Below, one piece after another: positions 8,054 through 18,884 of a stretch of 24,155 nucleotides of DNA. Numbering within the stretch: the stretch's first letter is position 1; every line of letters begins with the position of its first letter. The stretch is taken from assembly GCA_010093995.1 (NCBI GenBank), contig ML992512.1, positions 787,781-811,935 on the forward strand, read 5' to 3'. The position numbers and the translations under genes were made by a program. Under the pieces are notes generated by a model. That model did not search any database. It had not been told where the DNA came from and saw only the letters and a list, made by a program, of their open reading frames with translations. Source of the DNA: Elsinoe ampelina (lineage: Eukaryota).

Positions 8054-10608
8054 ATGATCGCCGGCTTTCGATGCTTCCTCCAGGCTAGACATCAATTCCC
8101 CCTCTTCGCGCCGCCAACAGCACTTGCATTCCGTCGGCCAGCATCAAAGATGGCGGCGGCAATGCCAGAATGGACGCCTCCGCCAGAACCAGCTCCAGAA
8201 GTAAAAGAAAGACTTCCAAAGCTGTCCATATACAATAGCTTGACGAGGAGTAAGAAGCCATTTGTGCCAATAGATCCAGAGGGGAAGAAGGTGACTTGGT
8301 ATGCTTGCGGTCCGACTGTGTATGATGATGCGGTATGTGAACAAACGGGGGAGTCACTCAATTTATAGCGGGACTGAGTGTTTGCTAGCATCTGGGTCAT
8401 GCGCGCAACTATGTCTCAACAGACATCATCAGGCGCATCCTCAAGGACTACTTCAAGTTTCAAGTCAACTTTGTCATGAACATTACCGATGTGGACGACA
8501 AGATTATCATAGCTGCTCGACAACAACACTTTCTCCGACAATACAAGGAACGGCATCCCAACATTGAGCCTGACGTCCTCGATGCCTCGAATCAAGCCTT
8601 TCAGACCTACCTCCTCAAGAACCTACCACTCCTCGCGCAAGACCTCACGCCGGCCAATTTTCCCGCAGCGCTGCAAGAAAAGTACGGCCATGTTCTCGCT
8701 GGCAAATCTGTCGCGAATGATGGCACTCCTGCGGGTGACAAAGAAGCCAAGATCAAAATGCATATCAAGACGGCCACCTCCGCGGCGGAAGCTCTTGTAG
8801 GTTCGACAGCACAGCCCGATGTTTTCTACACCAAGGCTGCTGGCGTCCTCCTCCCTTATCTCGATTCACAATACAAGACCACGATAAATTCCAGCGAACA
8901 TTCTGTTTTTACGGCGTTGACGAAAGAGTATGAAAAGCGTTTCTTTGAGGATATGGGTGCCTTGAATGTTCAGAAACCAGATACCCTGACGAGAGTCACC
9001 GAGTACGGCCCACAGATTGTCGACTTTACGAAACAAATACAGGACAATGGCTTTGCTTATGAGCATGAAGGCTCGGTGTATTATGATACCAAAGCATGGG
9101 AGAAGGCTGGAGGAGTCTACGCTCGATTGGAACCATGGAGTAAAAACGACAAAGACTTGCAAGCAGATGGAGAGGGCGCATTGAGCAACGAGAAGGGATC
9201 GTTCAAGAAATCCGCCGCCGACTTCGCGCTCTGGAAGGCTTCACGACCTGGCGAACCCGGCTGGGAGTCTCCTTGGGGTGTGGGCAGACCTGGATGGCAC
9301 ATTGAATGCTCCGTCATGTGCTCAGATATTCTCGGAAAGCAGCTGGACATCCATTCTGGCGGAATAGATCTTGCTTTCCCACATCACGACAATGAGCTGG
9401 CTCAGTCGGAGGCGTACATGTGCAAGTCCAACAATCCGGGCCAGCAATGGGTGAACTACTTTATCCACATGGGTCATTTGAGTATTCAGGGAGCCAAGAT
9501 GAGCAAGAGTCTGAAGAATTTCACCACAGTTCGAGAAGCATTGGCAAAGGGCGATTGGACGCCACGAAGTTTGAGGATAGCTTTCTTACTCGGTAACTGG
9601 AGAGACGGACTCGAAATCACACCAGAAGTCATCAGTGCTGGCAGTGCTTGGGAAGAGAAGCTCACAAACTTCTTCTTAAAAGCTCGGGATCTTGAGAGAA
9701 ATCCCACCACCCAAGCAAACGACAGCGCGGCCACCTCTGATGAGACTACCAGGCAGGCGCTGGCGACAGCCAAGTCGAAATTACACAATGCTCTTTGCGA
9801 CTCATTCGACACGCCCACAGTCATGCGGACGATCTCAGATCTCGTCACTGCTTACAATTCAGAGAAGACGGTGTCTGATTCAGTAACGGTTGAGATTGCC
9901 AAATGGCTCACAGAGATCATCAACGTCTTTGGCCTTGACTCGAACCCCGATCCCAAGCAACTCGGTTGGTCAGGTATCGATATAGCAGACGCTGCAAAGC
10001 CATACATCTACCCACTCTCCTCACTCCGCGATGAAGTGCGCCAACAATCCATCAAAGGCGAGATCAAGGATCCTATCGCGGCGAGTAAGGTCGACCCATC
10101 ACTCATCTCATCATCGCCCGACATGAACGGAGCTCCCTTCCACGCCGTCCTCAAATCTTTCCACGACTCGGTCCAGTCTGCAATCTCAGCCAACACTCCA
10201 CCCAAATCATTCCTTCAGATGTGCGACGACCTCCGGGACAACACTCTCTGGCAAATGGGCATCTACCTTGAAGACCGAGAAAATCAACCCGCCCTTGTCC
10301 GACCATTGACTGCTTCCCTCCGTGCGGATCGCGAAAACAGGGAAGCACTGGCCAAGTTGAAAATCACCAAACAAGCAGAAGCAAAAGAGAAGGCCGAACG
10401 TGAAGCCAGGGAGAAGCTCGAGAAAGGCAAGCTCGACCCCAAGGAAATGTTCAAGACGGACGAATTCAGCGCCTGGGACGAAGAAGGCATGCCGACCAAA
10501 GACAAAGAAGGCAAAGAAGTAGCCAAGAGCCGAAGCAAGAAGCTCAAAAAGGAATGGGAACGACAAAAGAAGCTCCACGACGAATGGAGAAAAAGTCAAG
10601 GGCTCTAG
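8054..10608 (+). CDS. CRS1: Cysteinyl-tRNA synthetase (class I), probable dual mitochondrial/cytosolic
   Basis: Exons 8054-8332 and 8389-10608 (intron GTATGT...CTAG, 56 nt). Spliced sequence reads [20 protein letters not shown] (HIGH motif), [49 protein letters not shown]. 832 aa from ATG 8054, 800 aa from ATG 8150. Confidence 0.97.
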
Positions 10609-10654
10609 GATAGACCAATTCAATATGTTCCCGTCTAGTTGATCCTAGAAGCAT

Positions 10655-11420
10655 CTACCTCTTCCTAGCATTAACATCCCTCCCAGCCCCCACCTTCACC
10701 CGTCCCCCCTGCCTCCCCTCCCTCCTCCCCGTCAATATCCCCGGCAAATAATCCTCATCCAGCCCCCCGATCCCTTTCCCCCTCTTCTCCTCCCTCCGTC
10801 TCCTCTCCTCGTTCCGCGCAAACTCCTTCTGATCCTCAGCCAACACCAACCCATTCCCCCAACCCCCTTTCCCCCCACCCTTGATCCGTCCATTCGCGCT
10901 GCCGTGCACGGGTTTGGGGATACTGTACCGCTCCCCACGATGCGACCACTGCATGTTCTTCTTCAGATGCACCTTGACTTCTCCCGAAGAGGACGTAGTG
11001 ACGGTCACGCGGGTGAGTGTGGGTTTGCCGCAGCGCTGGCAGAACTGGACGTCCGGGACGCGGTGGAGGAGGAAGCAAGCGTGGCAGCGTAGCAGGGTGG
11101 AGCGGAGTTGGGTGATGCGGGACAGCGAGGGGGTGATGAGGTTGAGGTTGATTTGGAGGAGGAGGTTTTGCAGGGCGTTGTCGGTTGTTAGCGTCGCGGC
11201 TTGCATAAGGGACGGGGGAGGGGTGGTGGTTGTGCTGGGGAGGAGGGCGCGTTTGCGCGTGAGGTTGCTGGGGGTGATCCATTCGCCGTCTGAGGAGGAG
11301 GGAGAGTCGTCCTCGGGGCTGGAGGAGGGGTCGGGGAGGGCGGAGTCGATTGCTGGGGGGGCAGATTGGGGTTCGGGGGTATCCAGGGACGTGTTTGCGA
11401 GGGTGACTGAGAGATCCGGC
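10655..11420. other. GC-skew inversion island 2 (C-rich to about 10990, then G-rich)
   Basis: Plus strand shows C runs from 10655 to about 10900-10990 and G runs from about 11010 to 11420; boundaries approximate. Confidence 0.8.
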
Positions 11421-12073
11421 TCGGTTGTAGTGCTCGTCTCTGGTGCTTGATGCACGGCTTCAGGTGCCACTTCGGGGGCGCTGGGTTCTGTATCCACCGG
11501 AAGCGCAGGGGTATCCGTCGCTGTCTCAGTGCTCACCGAGATCGGTACATTTGACGCCTCAGTAGGATCCGAAGCCGTAGTCATGGTCGCATCCGTCACT
11601 CCATCCGTCGTGGTAGACTTTTCCACCTCTACCGCAGGCTCTGCACTCTCCGCCATGCCAGCAGCATCCAGCAAAGTCGACTCGTCGTCTTTCTTCGGTG
11701 GCGAACCATTCACCCTCTTCTGACCCGGTACCCTCCTCAATCTCCAATCGCCTCCGTTCCTCTCACACTCGACTTCATAAGCCAGCGCAGCAATCTGCAG
11801 ATCCACTCTGCTCAACACGGCGGCATCACCAGTCTTGCGAGCGAATTCCGTGACAAACTTCAGACTGTCTTCGGTCGGACTTCGCAGCTTCAGGAACGGT
11901 ATGAGTGTAGTCTCGACTCGTGATCTGGTGACCGCATCTTTGATTTCCGAAATGATGGCGGGGACGGTGACGATTTCTTCACTTTGCGCCAGGAGGGAGG
12001 AAACAGTCGGGTGGTTCCTGATGATTGGACCCGTATCCAGAATTATGGTGTGGATTGGCTTCTCAGTCGCCAT
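10655..12073 (-). CDS. NOB1: 20S pre-rRNA D-site endonuclease Nob1, 472 aa
   Basis: PIN domain (ILDTGPII; FARKTGDAAVLSRVDLQIAALAYE), acidic linker, GEWITPSN, TTDNALQN, zinc ribbon RCHACF...FCQRCG, RGERYSIPKP, LAEDQKE. Confidence 0.95.
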   Translation of the reverse strand: MATEKPIHTIILDTGPIIRNHPTVSSLLAQSEEIVTVPAIISEIKDAVTRSRVETTLIPFLKLRSPTEDSLKFVTEFARKTGDAAVLSRVDLQIAALAYEVECERNGGDWRLRRVPGQKRVNGSPPKKDDESTLLDAAGMAESAEPAVEVEKSTTTDGVTDATMTTASDPTEASNVPISVSTETATDTPALPVDTEPSAPEVAPEAVHQAPETSTTTEPDLSVTLANTSLDTPEPQSAPPAIDSALPDPSSSPEDDSPSSSDGEWITPSNLTRKRALLPSTTTTPPPSLMQAATLTTDNALQNLLLQINLNLITPSLSRITQLRSTLLRCHACFLLHRVPDVQFCQRCGKPTLTRVTVTTSSSGEVKVHLKKNMQWSHRGERYSIPKPVHGSANGRIKGGGKGGWGNGLVLAEDQKEFARNEERRRREEKRGKGIGGLDEDYLPGILTGRREGRQGGRVKVGAGRDVNARKR

Positions 12074-12186
12074 GTCGTCTGCCTTCGGTGTTTTTGGACA
12101 ATTGAAAGACCGACCACTAAGTTTCTACAATTCAATCCATGTGATGTGAGGGGCAAAATCACGGCATGGAAAATTGAGGCCCGATG

Positions 12187-12195
12187 TGAAATTTT
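12187..12195 (+). promoter_or_regulatory. RRPE-like element upstream of NOB1
   Basis: TGAAATTTT about 115 bp upstream of the NOB1 ATG; a similar TGAATTTTC lies about 125 bp upstream of TRM61 (7866-7873 region) in the same relative orientation. Confidence 0.35.
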
Positions 12196-12459
12196 GACTT
12201 TGTGGATCGCTGCGGGCGGAACCTTGTTTGAACAGGCTCATCAGGGTCAGCTGTCAGTGTCGCACGTGGCTACTTGACTACATGTGCAATACACCAAGAA
12301 ATGTTTTTCGTCAAATCTTTATGCTGATATCTGGCTATACCTGACGCTCTATACAGTGCCCTTGCCATGGCAGTCACTGCATCATGACTGACCCCTTGTA
12401 CGCAGTCTTGAAGAAGCGCTAAAAACAGATGATCGCAAAGACCTCCACTACATTCATCA

Positions 12460-14769
12460 TTACTGTACCTGGCTGACGATCTCGTTGGCTCGGCCCAGCG
12501 ATTCTACCATCTGCTGGCACTCCTTTCTTCTTCGGACAGTGTAGTCGGACTCCTTGAGGAGGTCATCGAGCTCAGCTTGACGGTACATTTGTTCCAGAAG
12601 TTCTCTTTGCATCTCATCCTTTGAGAATCTGAGAGTGGTCAGTATCGGGTACATAATCTGAACTTGATATCACTTACTGCACAAGTGTGAGCATGATCGC
12701 CTTTGGTACCATGTCGATCATTGTCCTTCGCACAATGTTGAAGTAGCTCGTGATCAGAAGTTTGATGACCTCGACCTCTTGCGTTTCCTTCTCGCTAAGT
12801 GTGCCGCTTGCCTTGAGTGTTGGTGGCGGTGCTTCCATGGCAGCCATCTTCTTCTTGTTCTTGCTCGCGAAGAAAGAGCCAAAAAATCCCGACCCGGCGT
12901 CGCCGTCCAATGAGGGAGAGTTGGATCGTGGAGGTACCGCTGAAGCTGGGAGCGGCTTGCCTGTCTTGGGATCAACTTGAACAGGTCTGGCTGCGCTGTG
13001 TCGCTCGTTCACAATAGCCATGGCGCGGTGTCCATTGAGGAAGTCGGGATGACCAGTGTTGACATAGCAGGCCTCCATTGCTACCAAGTCTCGCACCAGC
13101 TTGTTTGTGGGATCCATGACCTTCTTGAAGAAGGAAATGACCGTGGTATGCAATTTCTCTTTCAATCCTGGGTACCTTCTAAACATGGGCTTGTTGAGTA
13201 ATTGTCCAAGAATTCTGACCAGCTCGTCGTATACTAAGGAAACACATTTGAGCGATGGGTCTTCCAGTCTCTTGATCTGCTGCTTGACAATGAGCTCGAA
13301 AGCGGTTGTGCCAACGAACAACGCAGGTGCGGAACCGGACGAGTTGTACAGGATTGTGCGAATGTCGATATCCTTGACCTGGTCGAATGGATCTACTGCC
13401 TTGACACCATTGGCATAAAGCTCGTGGAAGACGAACGCGATGCGGGCGCCGCCAGACAGTTCGATGCTCGAGAGTTCTTGGTTGTTACCGTCAAGCACTG
13501 TGCGGTACTCGTTGGAGAATTCGGTGATGATATTTAGGATGATGTTGGCGCTGTTGCCGAGGATTGAGTCACCCAGAGATTGCAGCTCTGCTGAGTACTT
13601 TTGCAAGCTTGACGAAATGCGTGCCTTGATGTCCGGTAGAGTCTGCTTGATGTGCATCATCAAGATGAGGTTAAGTTTCCGGGCCAGATAGGGCGTTCCG
13701 CAGTATGTGCTCTTGTTGCGATATGCCTTGTGGTTTTCGAAGAAGTTCTTCTCGTGCTCAAGAGCGTATGAGATGGGCCTCTTAGATTCGATATCTCTTT
13801 GCCCTCGATTTACGACAGGCACGTAGCCGAGGCGGAGGGGAATGATGCGGCCCGCAAGAATGTCCACGACATCGGTTCCTTCATCCATCAAGTCGACCTT
13901 CGTGAGCACACCGATTGTCCTCTGTCCTTCGGGGTCAACCTCTCTTGCAAGCTTGAGACCATCCGAGTTGGCCAGATCGGTGTTTGCTGCCGTGACTGCG
14001 AGAATGATAGCGTTCGGCTTGCTGATCTGTTTGAGCACCATCTCCCTGATCTGCCTCTCAATGTCTCGTGGCTGGTCTCCTACCGGCACTTTTGTCAGAC
14101 CTGGCAAATCGACCAGGGTCAGTGTGAGAACATTTGGCGAGTAGATGCGCAGGTTGATGGGCGCGGAAGAAATGCCAGCATTTCGACCAGTCTTGGACTC
14201 TGTCTCCCGTACGATTTCCTCTCTGATCTTGTTGAAGTCATGGAACTTCTGGCCGGGGATGTGAAGGAACTCTCCCCATTCGTCGACATTCGATTCCTTG
14301 TCTGATGTGCCTTCTACAGCTTCCGACGTTCCATTTGTTTGCGGCTTCCCCGGCGGCGCCCTGTTGATGAGTTGAAGAATGAGCGGTCTTCTCGTCACGA
14401 TACCAGTCCCTCGAGGCAAGCTATCAATGTCAGTCGCATGACCTACTAAGATTTCGTTCCGGCTTACAAGTCCCGGCCGACAATATTTTCCAACACCGAA
14501 CTCTTTCCACTGGATTGTGACCCGACGACGGCGATCTGAGGCAGGTCTATGGGGTTTTGTACCTAGGTCCTTCGATCAGCCAAAGAGTCCAGAGCTCGGG
14601 GATGGCATGCTGCTTACTCCCACGGTTGTGAAGACATCCTGAAGCTTGTTGACAAGGGTGATCAAGCCAGGGTCGTTGACATTGATGCTACTGCGCCATG
14701 GTCAGGATTCCATCCTTCAGGTATGTATCTTAGGATTGGTGCAACTAACGCGTTGGCGGAGGCCGCCAT
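12460..14769 (-). CDS. VPS1: Dynamin-like GTPase Vps1 (VpsA), 699 aa
   Basis: Exons 14769-14750, 14690-14618, 14562-14468, 14420-12678, 12628-12460 (2100 nt; all introns GT-AG). Motifs [50 protein letters not shown]; the [18 protein letters not shown] segment and GED end resemble Vps1 rather than Dnm1. Confidence 0.95.
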
Positions 14770-15515
14770 GTTTGAGGTTGCTGTTATTCAATTCCTGGTC
14801 GATGGGGTCGCTGTATGATGCTAATAGCTGTGGACTGAATGCAGCAGGGATGTGTTTTGTGATATGCGGTGGATGAGGCTCTTGAACAAGTTAGGTAGCC
14901 AGATAAATAAAGCTCACATGTCGGTCGGCAGGCAGGCCGTCGTGCCAGAATCGCTGGAACGCCGCGCATCATTTGTTCGTCTCCCTGAGCGAGCAGCCCA
15001 GAATGACACTATGCCGTTTTGGGATGCGGCGACGTTTGCCCAACTGCAGCGTCTGTTCCTTTGTTCTCTCAACTCCTCCATCATTCCTCCAACCAGCTTG
15101 ACCAGACAGCTTCATCTTTGTCAATGGTCAATCTCGGACCTTGAAAGCTGTAGTAAGACTTCGTTTACTCGGTCTGCCCATCGAAGCCTCGAATGCATTG
15201 ATGTTGACCCCAAGCCATGGCGATCATGGTCGAACAGCGAGAAACTCCATGAAGCTCACGCTGAGCTCGTAGCCAGCCGTGCAAGGGCGGTCAGGATGCC
15301 GGCCAACATCCTGTTGCTCCCTCAGCATCCTCAATCAAAGGTAACAAGTGTCTCTTGACATTGTAATGCATACCCTAAATGAATTCATCTATCCTCTTTT
15401 CCGTTGTTAGTCAACCTCTTCTGTCAACACACAACAAACACCCCACTTCACAGAGCTTGATGACTGCTAACAGACTCTCGCACAACCTGCTCCTCGGCGT
15501 TCATCTCCACATTGC

Positions 15516-16634
15516 ATGGTAGTGTGGTATCTACGCTTCTTCTACTCGAAACCAAGTCCATGGACTTGTAGCGGAATGGTCTATGATGATACCGTCCCTG
15601 AGATTGTCAGACCAAATGTTCAAACACTTGGCTACGAACATGACTGGGCTTTATCCATATTCGACATGGTGTTCTTGCTCTTCGAATACGATGCGATCAA
15701 TAACGCGGACCCCGAAAAGGAGCCCGACCCGACCGCATGTCACAAGGTCGCTGTGGACCTCCTTTGTCTCATCCCCGCCTTCAGACTTTATTGGAATGAT
15801 GACGAAGAAGCCCTCGACGAGGTGTGCAGGCAAGTTCAGCTTCAGGTCTGCATCCTTGGACGAACGCTCCTGTTCATCACCAAACAGATCCCGCACACTT
15901 GCCGCGAACATACACTCATGGCCGCCCTCCATACGACCATGTTCGCCATGGTGCCGACCGAATATATGCCTGAGAGATTCGTCGAGTCGGAGCGCTTGTG
16001 CGACTGGGTCAAATACTGGATCGAACATTCTCTCACCAATAGAAAGTCTCCCGATCCCGAAAACCTTCCTCCTGCAGCTGCTCTCCTCGCCCAGTCTCTT
16101 CCAGAAGATCACTTACCCAGTCGCAACATCTGGCTCTTTGACAGTTACCTTTCGCCCCTCGAGCACGCCAATCTCATGGCTCTTTCAGCCCGTGTCCATC
16201 GTGCCACACGCAATCCGCTCCTTCAGCTTGATGCACAGGCCACGATCGAGCGCACTCTCTGTCACCCACACTCGACACAGGCATTAGATGCACTTGTCCC
16301 AGGGGCTGCAACCTACTTCTTGCACGCATTCATGTATCCGGGAAGGCCTGAAGACATGCTCAACGGCTGGTATGACGTTTGCATGCCTTTCGGCGAGCAG
16401 GATGCACCGGGTGAAAAGTTCAGAGAACTTACGAGTGAAGAAGCGAGGTGGTGGGCTTTCTTCAAGGACAAATTCTCTCTCATCAGGATGAGGGAAGATG
16501 TTGCACCGCTGACGAGAGACTATGCCGAGACTGCCATGCAGCGCATGAATTGGCTGGACGGCGGTACCAAGATTGGCTTTTGGGAAGGACTCAAGCAGAA
16601 GGTTGGTGTGAAGAAGACGCAGGCTAAGCTGTAG
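15516..16634 (+). CDS. Hypothetical protein, 372 aa or more, with C-terminal PTS1-like KKTQAKL
   Basis: Long open frame with ordinary globular composition and no motif I recognise. A branch/acceptor GCTAACAG ending at 15473 is in frame 14 codons upstream, so an earlier exon is likely (candidate donors 15341 GTAACA or 15406 GTTAGT, both phase 0). Confidence 0.7.
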   Translation: MVVWYLRFFYSKPSPWTCSGMVYDDTVPEIVRPNVQTLGYEHDWALSIFDMVFLLFEYDAINNADPEKEPDPTACHKVAVDLLCLIPAFRLYWNDDEEALDEVCRQVQLQVCILGRTLLFITKQIPHTCREHTLMAALHTTMFAMVPTEYMPERFVESERLCDWVKYWIEHSLTNRKSPDPENLPPAAALLAQSLPEDHLPSRNIWLFDSYLSPLEHANLMALSARVHRATRNPLLQLDAQATIERTLCHPHSTQALDALVPGAATYFLHAFMYPGRPEDMLNGWYDVCMPFGEQDAPGEKFRELTSEEARWWAFFKDKFSLIRMREDVAPLTRDYAETAMQRMNWLDGGTKIGFWEGLKQKVGVKKTQAKL

Positions 16635-17009
16635 TAGAGTAGGGTATCACAGACGACCAGCCACGAGAGCCTAACAAGTTTTGCGCACGCTTTTACATCG
16701 TAGCGAAGATGATAATACCGCAATTCATTTTGTTCCGCATGCTCAGCTGAGACTGATTTTGTTATTGTGGCTTGGGATCCACCGCTCTGTGCTGTGCTAT
16801 GCCCCTGACTCGCCGTGACGCGACCTTCTCAATGTGGCTTCTGGTCAATAATCATCTCGAGATCTGCACCGATCAGACGACGTCAGTCTTGCAAAGCACG
16901 ACGGGCAATAGTGCCTGGGTCCCTTAGTGGTTCCACCTCTTCAGTATCAGGTATTATGAAAAGTAGGTACTTTCTTCATCTCTTCGAATATCTCCTGCGT
17001 CCTAAAGCC

Positions 17010-18737
17010 ATGATGGTCTTCATACTGGGGTTGCTTCTGGCGCACTTGTCAATCTGTATTGCCTTCGGCCAACACCCTATTGTGTCTTCTAGCAGTGGTA
17101 GCATCATTGGGCATAGAGCTCCAAATCGCACAGACACGTTCGAGTTCCTCGGCATCAAGTATGGCCAAGCACCGGTAGGCGAGCTGAGGTTCGCTGCTCC
17201 TCTTCGATATAGTGCACCAACGAGTCAGGTCTTCAACGCATCCAAGTTCAATCCGTAAGTATATGACAAGACACTTCGAATGTCCGCTGACGCTTTCACA
17301 GTGATTGTCCGTCGAACAAGCCTCCCGTCACTTCCTTTCCAGATTTCACAGGCAATGGCTTCGCAATCTATAGCAAGTTCACAGCACAGAACAACAATAC
17401 TCAGGATGAAGATTGTCTTGCCCTCAACATCTGGACCAAGTCACCCAGGCATCTCAAGCGTAAGAACAAGCCAGTCTTTGTCTTCTTCCATGGCGGTCGC
17501 TTCACCATCCCTGGGCCCAATAGTCCTTTCTACAAAGGGCAAAACTTTGCAGGCATGGAAGACGTCGTGGTTGTCACAGTCAGGTATGCCACCCGCTCCC
17601 TTCACCAGCCTATCTTCTGACATTCCCAGTTACCGTCTAGGAATTCTCGGTTTCTCCGGTGCACCAGGTCAAGAACAAAACGCCGCTCTTCGTGACCAAC
17701 GCCTCGCCGTCGAATGGATCCGCGACAACATCTCCAACTTCGGCGGCTCCCCCGACCACATCATCATCTTCGGACAATCCGCCGGCGGCACCTCCGTCGA
17801 CTACTGGACCTATGCCTACCGCCACGACCCCATCATAGCCGGCGCAATCTCCCACTCCGGCACCGCCTTCAGCTTCCTCCCCAACGACCCCACCTACTCC
17901 ACCTCCCTCTACCACAACGTCTCCTCCACCCTCTCCTGCGGCACACCCCCCACCACCTCCCCCACCACCATCCTCTCCTGTCTCCGCTCCGCCCCCCTCA
18001 CCCGGCTCCTAGCCGCAGCCCGCCTCGTCCCCGCTCTCCCCTCCCCCGCCCTATCCCAAGCCCCCTTCCACCCCACCATCGACCACACCCTCATCTTCCC
18101 CTTATCAACCTACACCAACCGCTCCCTCACCGCCTCCTTCGCCCCAACCCCCTACCTCGCAGGCTCCACCTCCAACGAAACAGGCTTCTACCGCGTCTCC
18201 GCCTCCACCGCCAACGTCTCCCTCTCCAACCCCGCGTGGCACAAATTCAACCACCGCGCCTTCACCTGCCCGACGAAATACGCCGCCGACGCCCGAGCCA
18301 GAGCCCGCGTCCCCGTGTGGAGGTACAGGTACACCCCCGACTGGCCGAATCTGCGACTGTACCCCGCCACCACGAACGTGTCGGCGGCAGGCGCGGGGAA
18401 GGGAGGCGGAGGTAGGCCCGGGAGTGGGGCGTACCATGGCTCGGAGCTGAGTTTGCTGTTTGGCACGACGAGGGAGGTGGCTGGGGAGGAGAACGGGGCG
18501 GAGCAGGACAGGTTGGGGCGGTATATCATGGGGGCGTGGGCGGCTTTTGGCCGGGATCCGGGGCGGGGGTTGGAGGGGTATGGTTGGCCGATGTGGACGG
18601 GGGGACAGGGGGAGGAGTTGGTGCTGCTTGGGGAGGGGAATGGGGACCGGGCGGAGTTTGTGGGTGCCGGGAGGTTTGATGGGGAGTGTCCGCCGGTGGA
18701 GGAGAATGATCCTTTGCCCGGGAGGGGGGCGTTTTGA
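17010..18737 (+). CDS. Secreted type-B carboxylesterase/cholinesterase-like alpha/beta hydrolase, 544 aa
   Basis: Exons 17010-17254, 17302-17583, 17630-18737 (1635 nt). Signal peptide, FLGIKYGQAPVGELRFAAP, EDCLALNIW, FHGGRF, SYRLGILGF, DQRLAVEWIRDNISNFGGSPDHI, GQSAG nucleophile, GSTSNE, GAYHGSEL. Confidence 0.93.
17690..18737. other. GC-skew inversion island 3 (C-rich to about 18375, then G-rich)
   Basis: Codons end mostly in C from about 17690 to 18370 and mostly in G from about 18390 to the stop; boundaries approximate. Confidence 0.8.
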
Positions 18738-18884
18738 TGGCTGCTTGCATGTATCAGGGCTGAAGAGGAGATACCATGGTGGAGGTGAAAGTTCGTTGAG
18801 ACAGTAATGAGTTCGAGTGTGTCTATTCCACCAGCTGATTCATTTCTTCATCATACATTTATCGTGCTCCGGTTGCAGAAGGCC

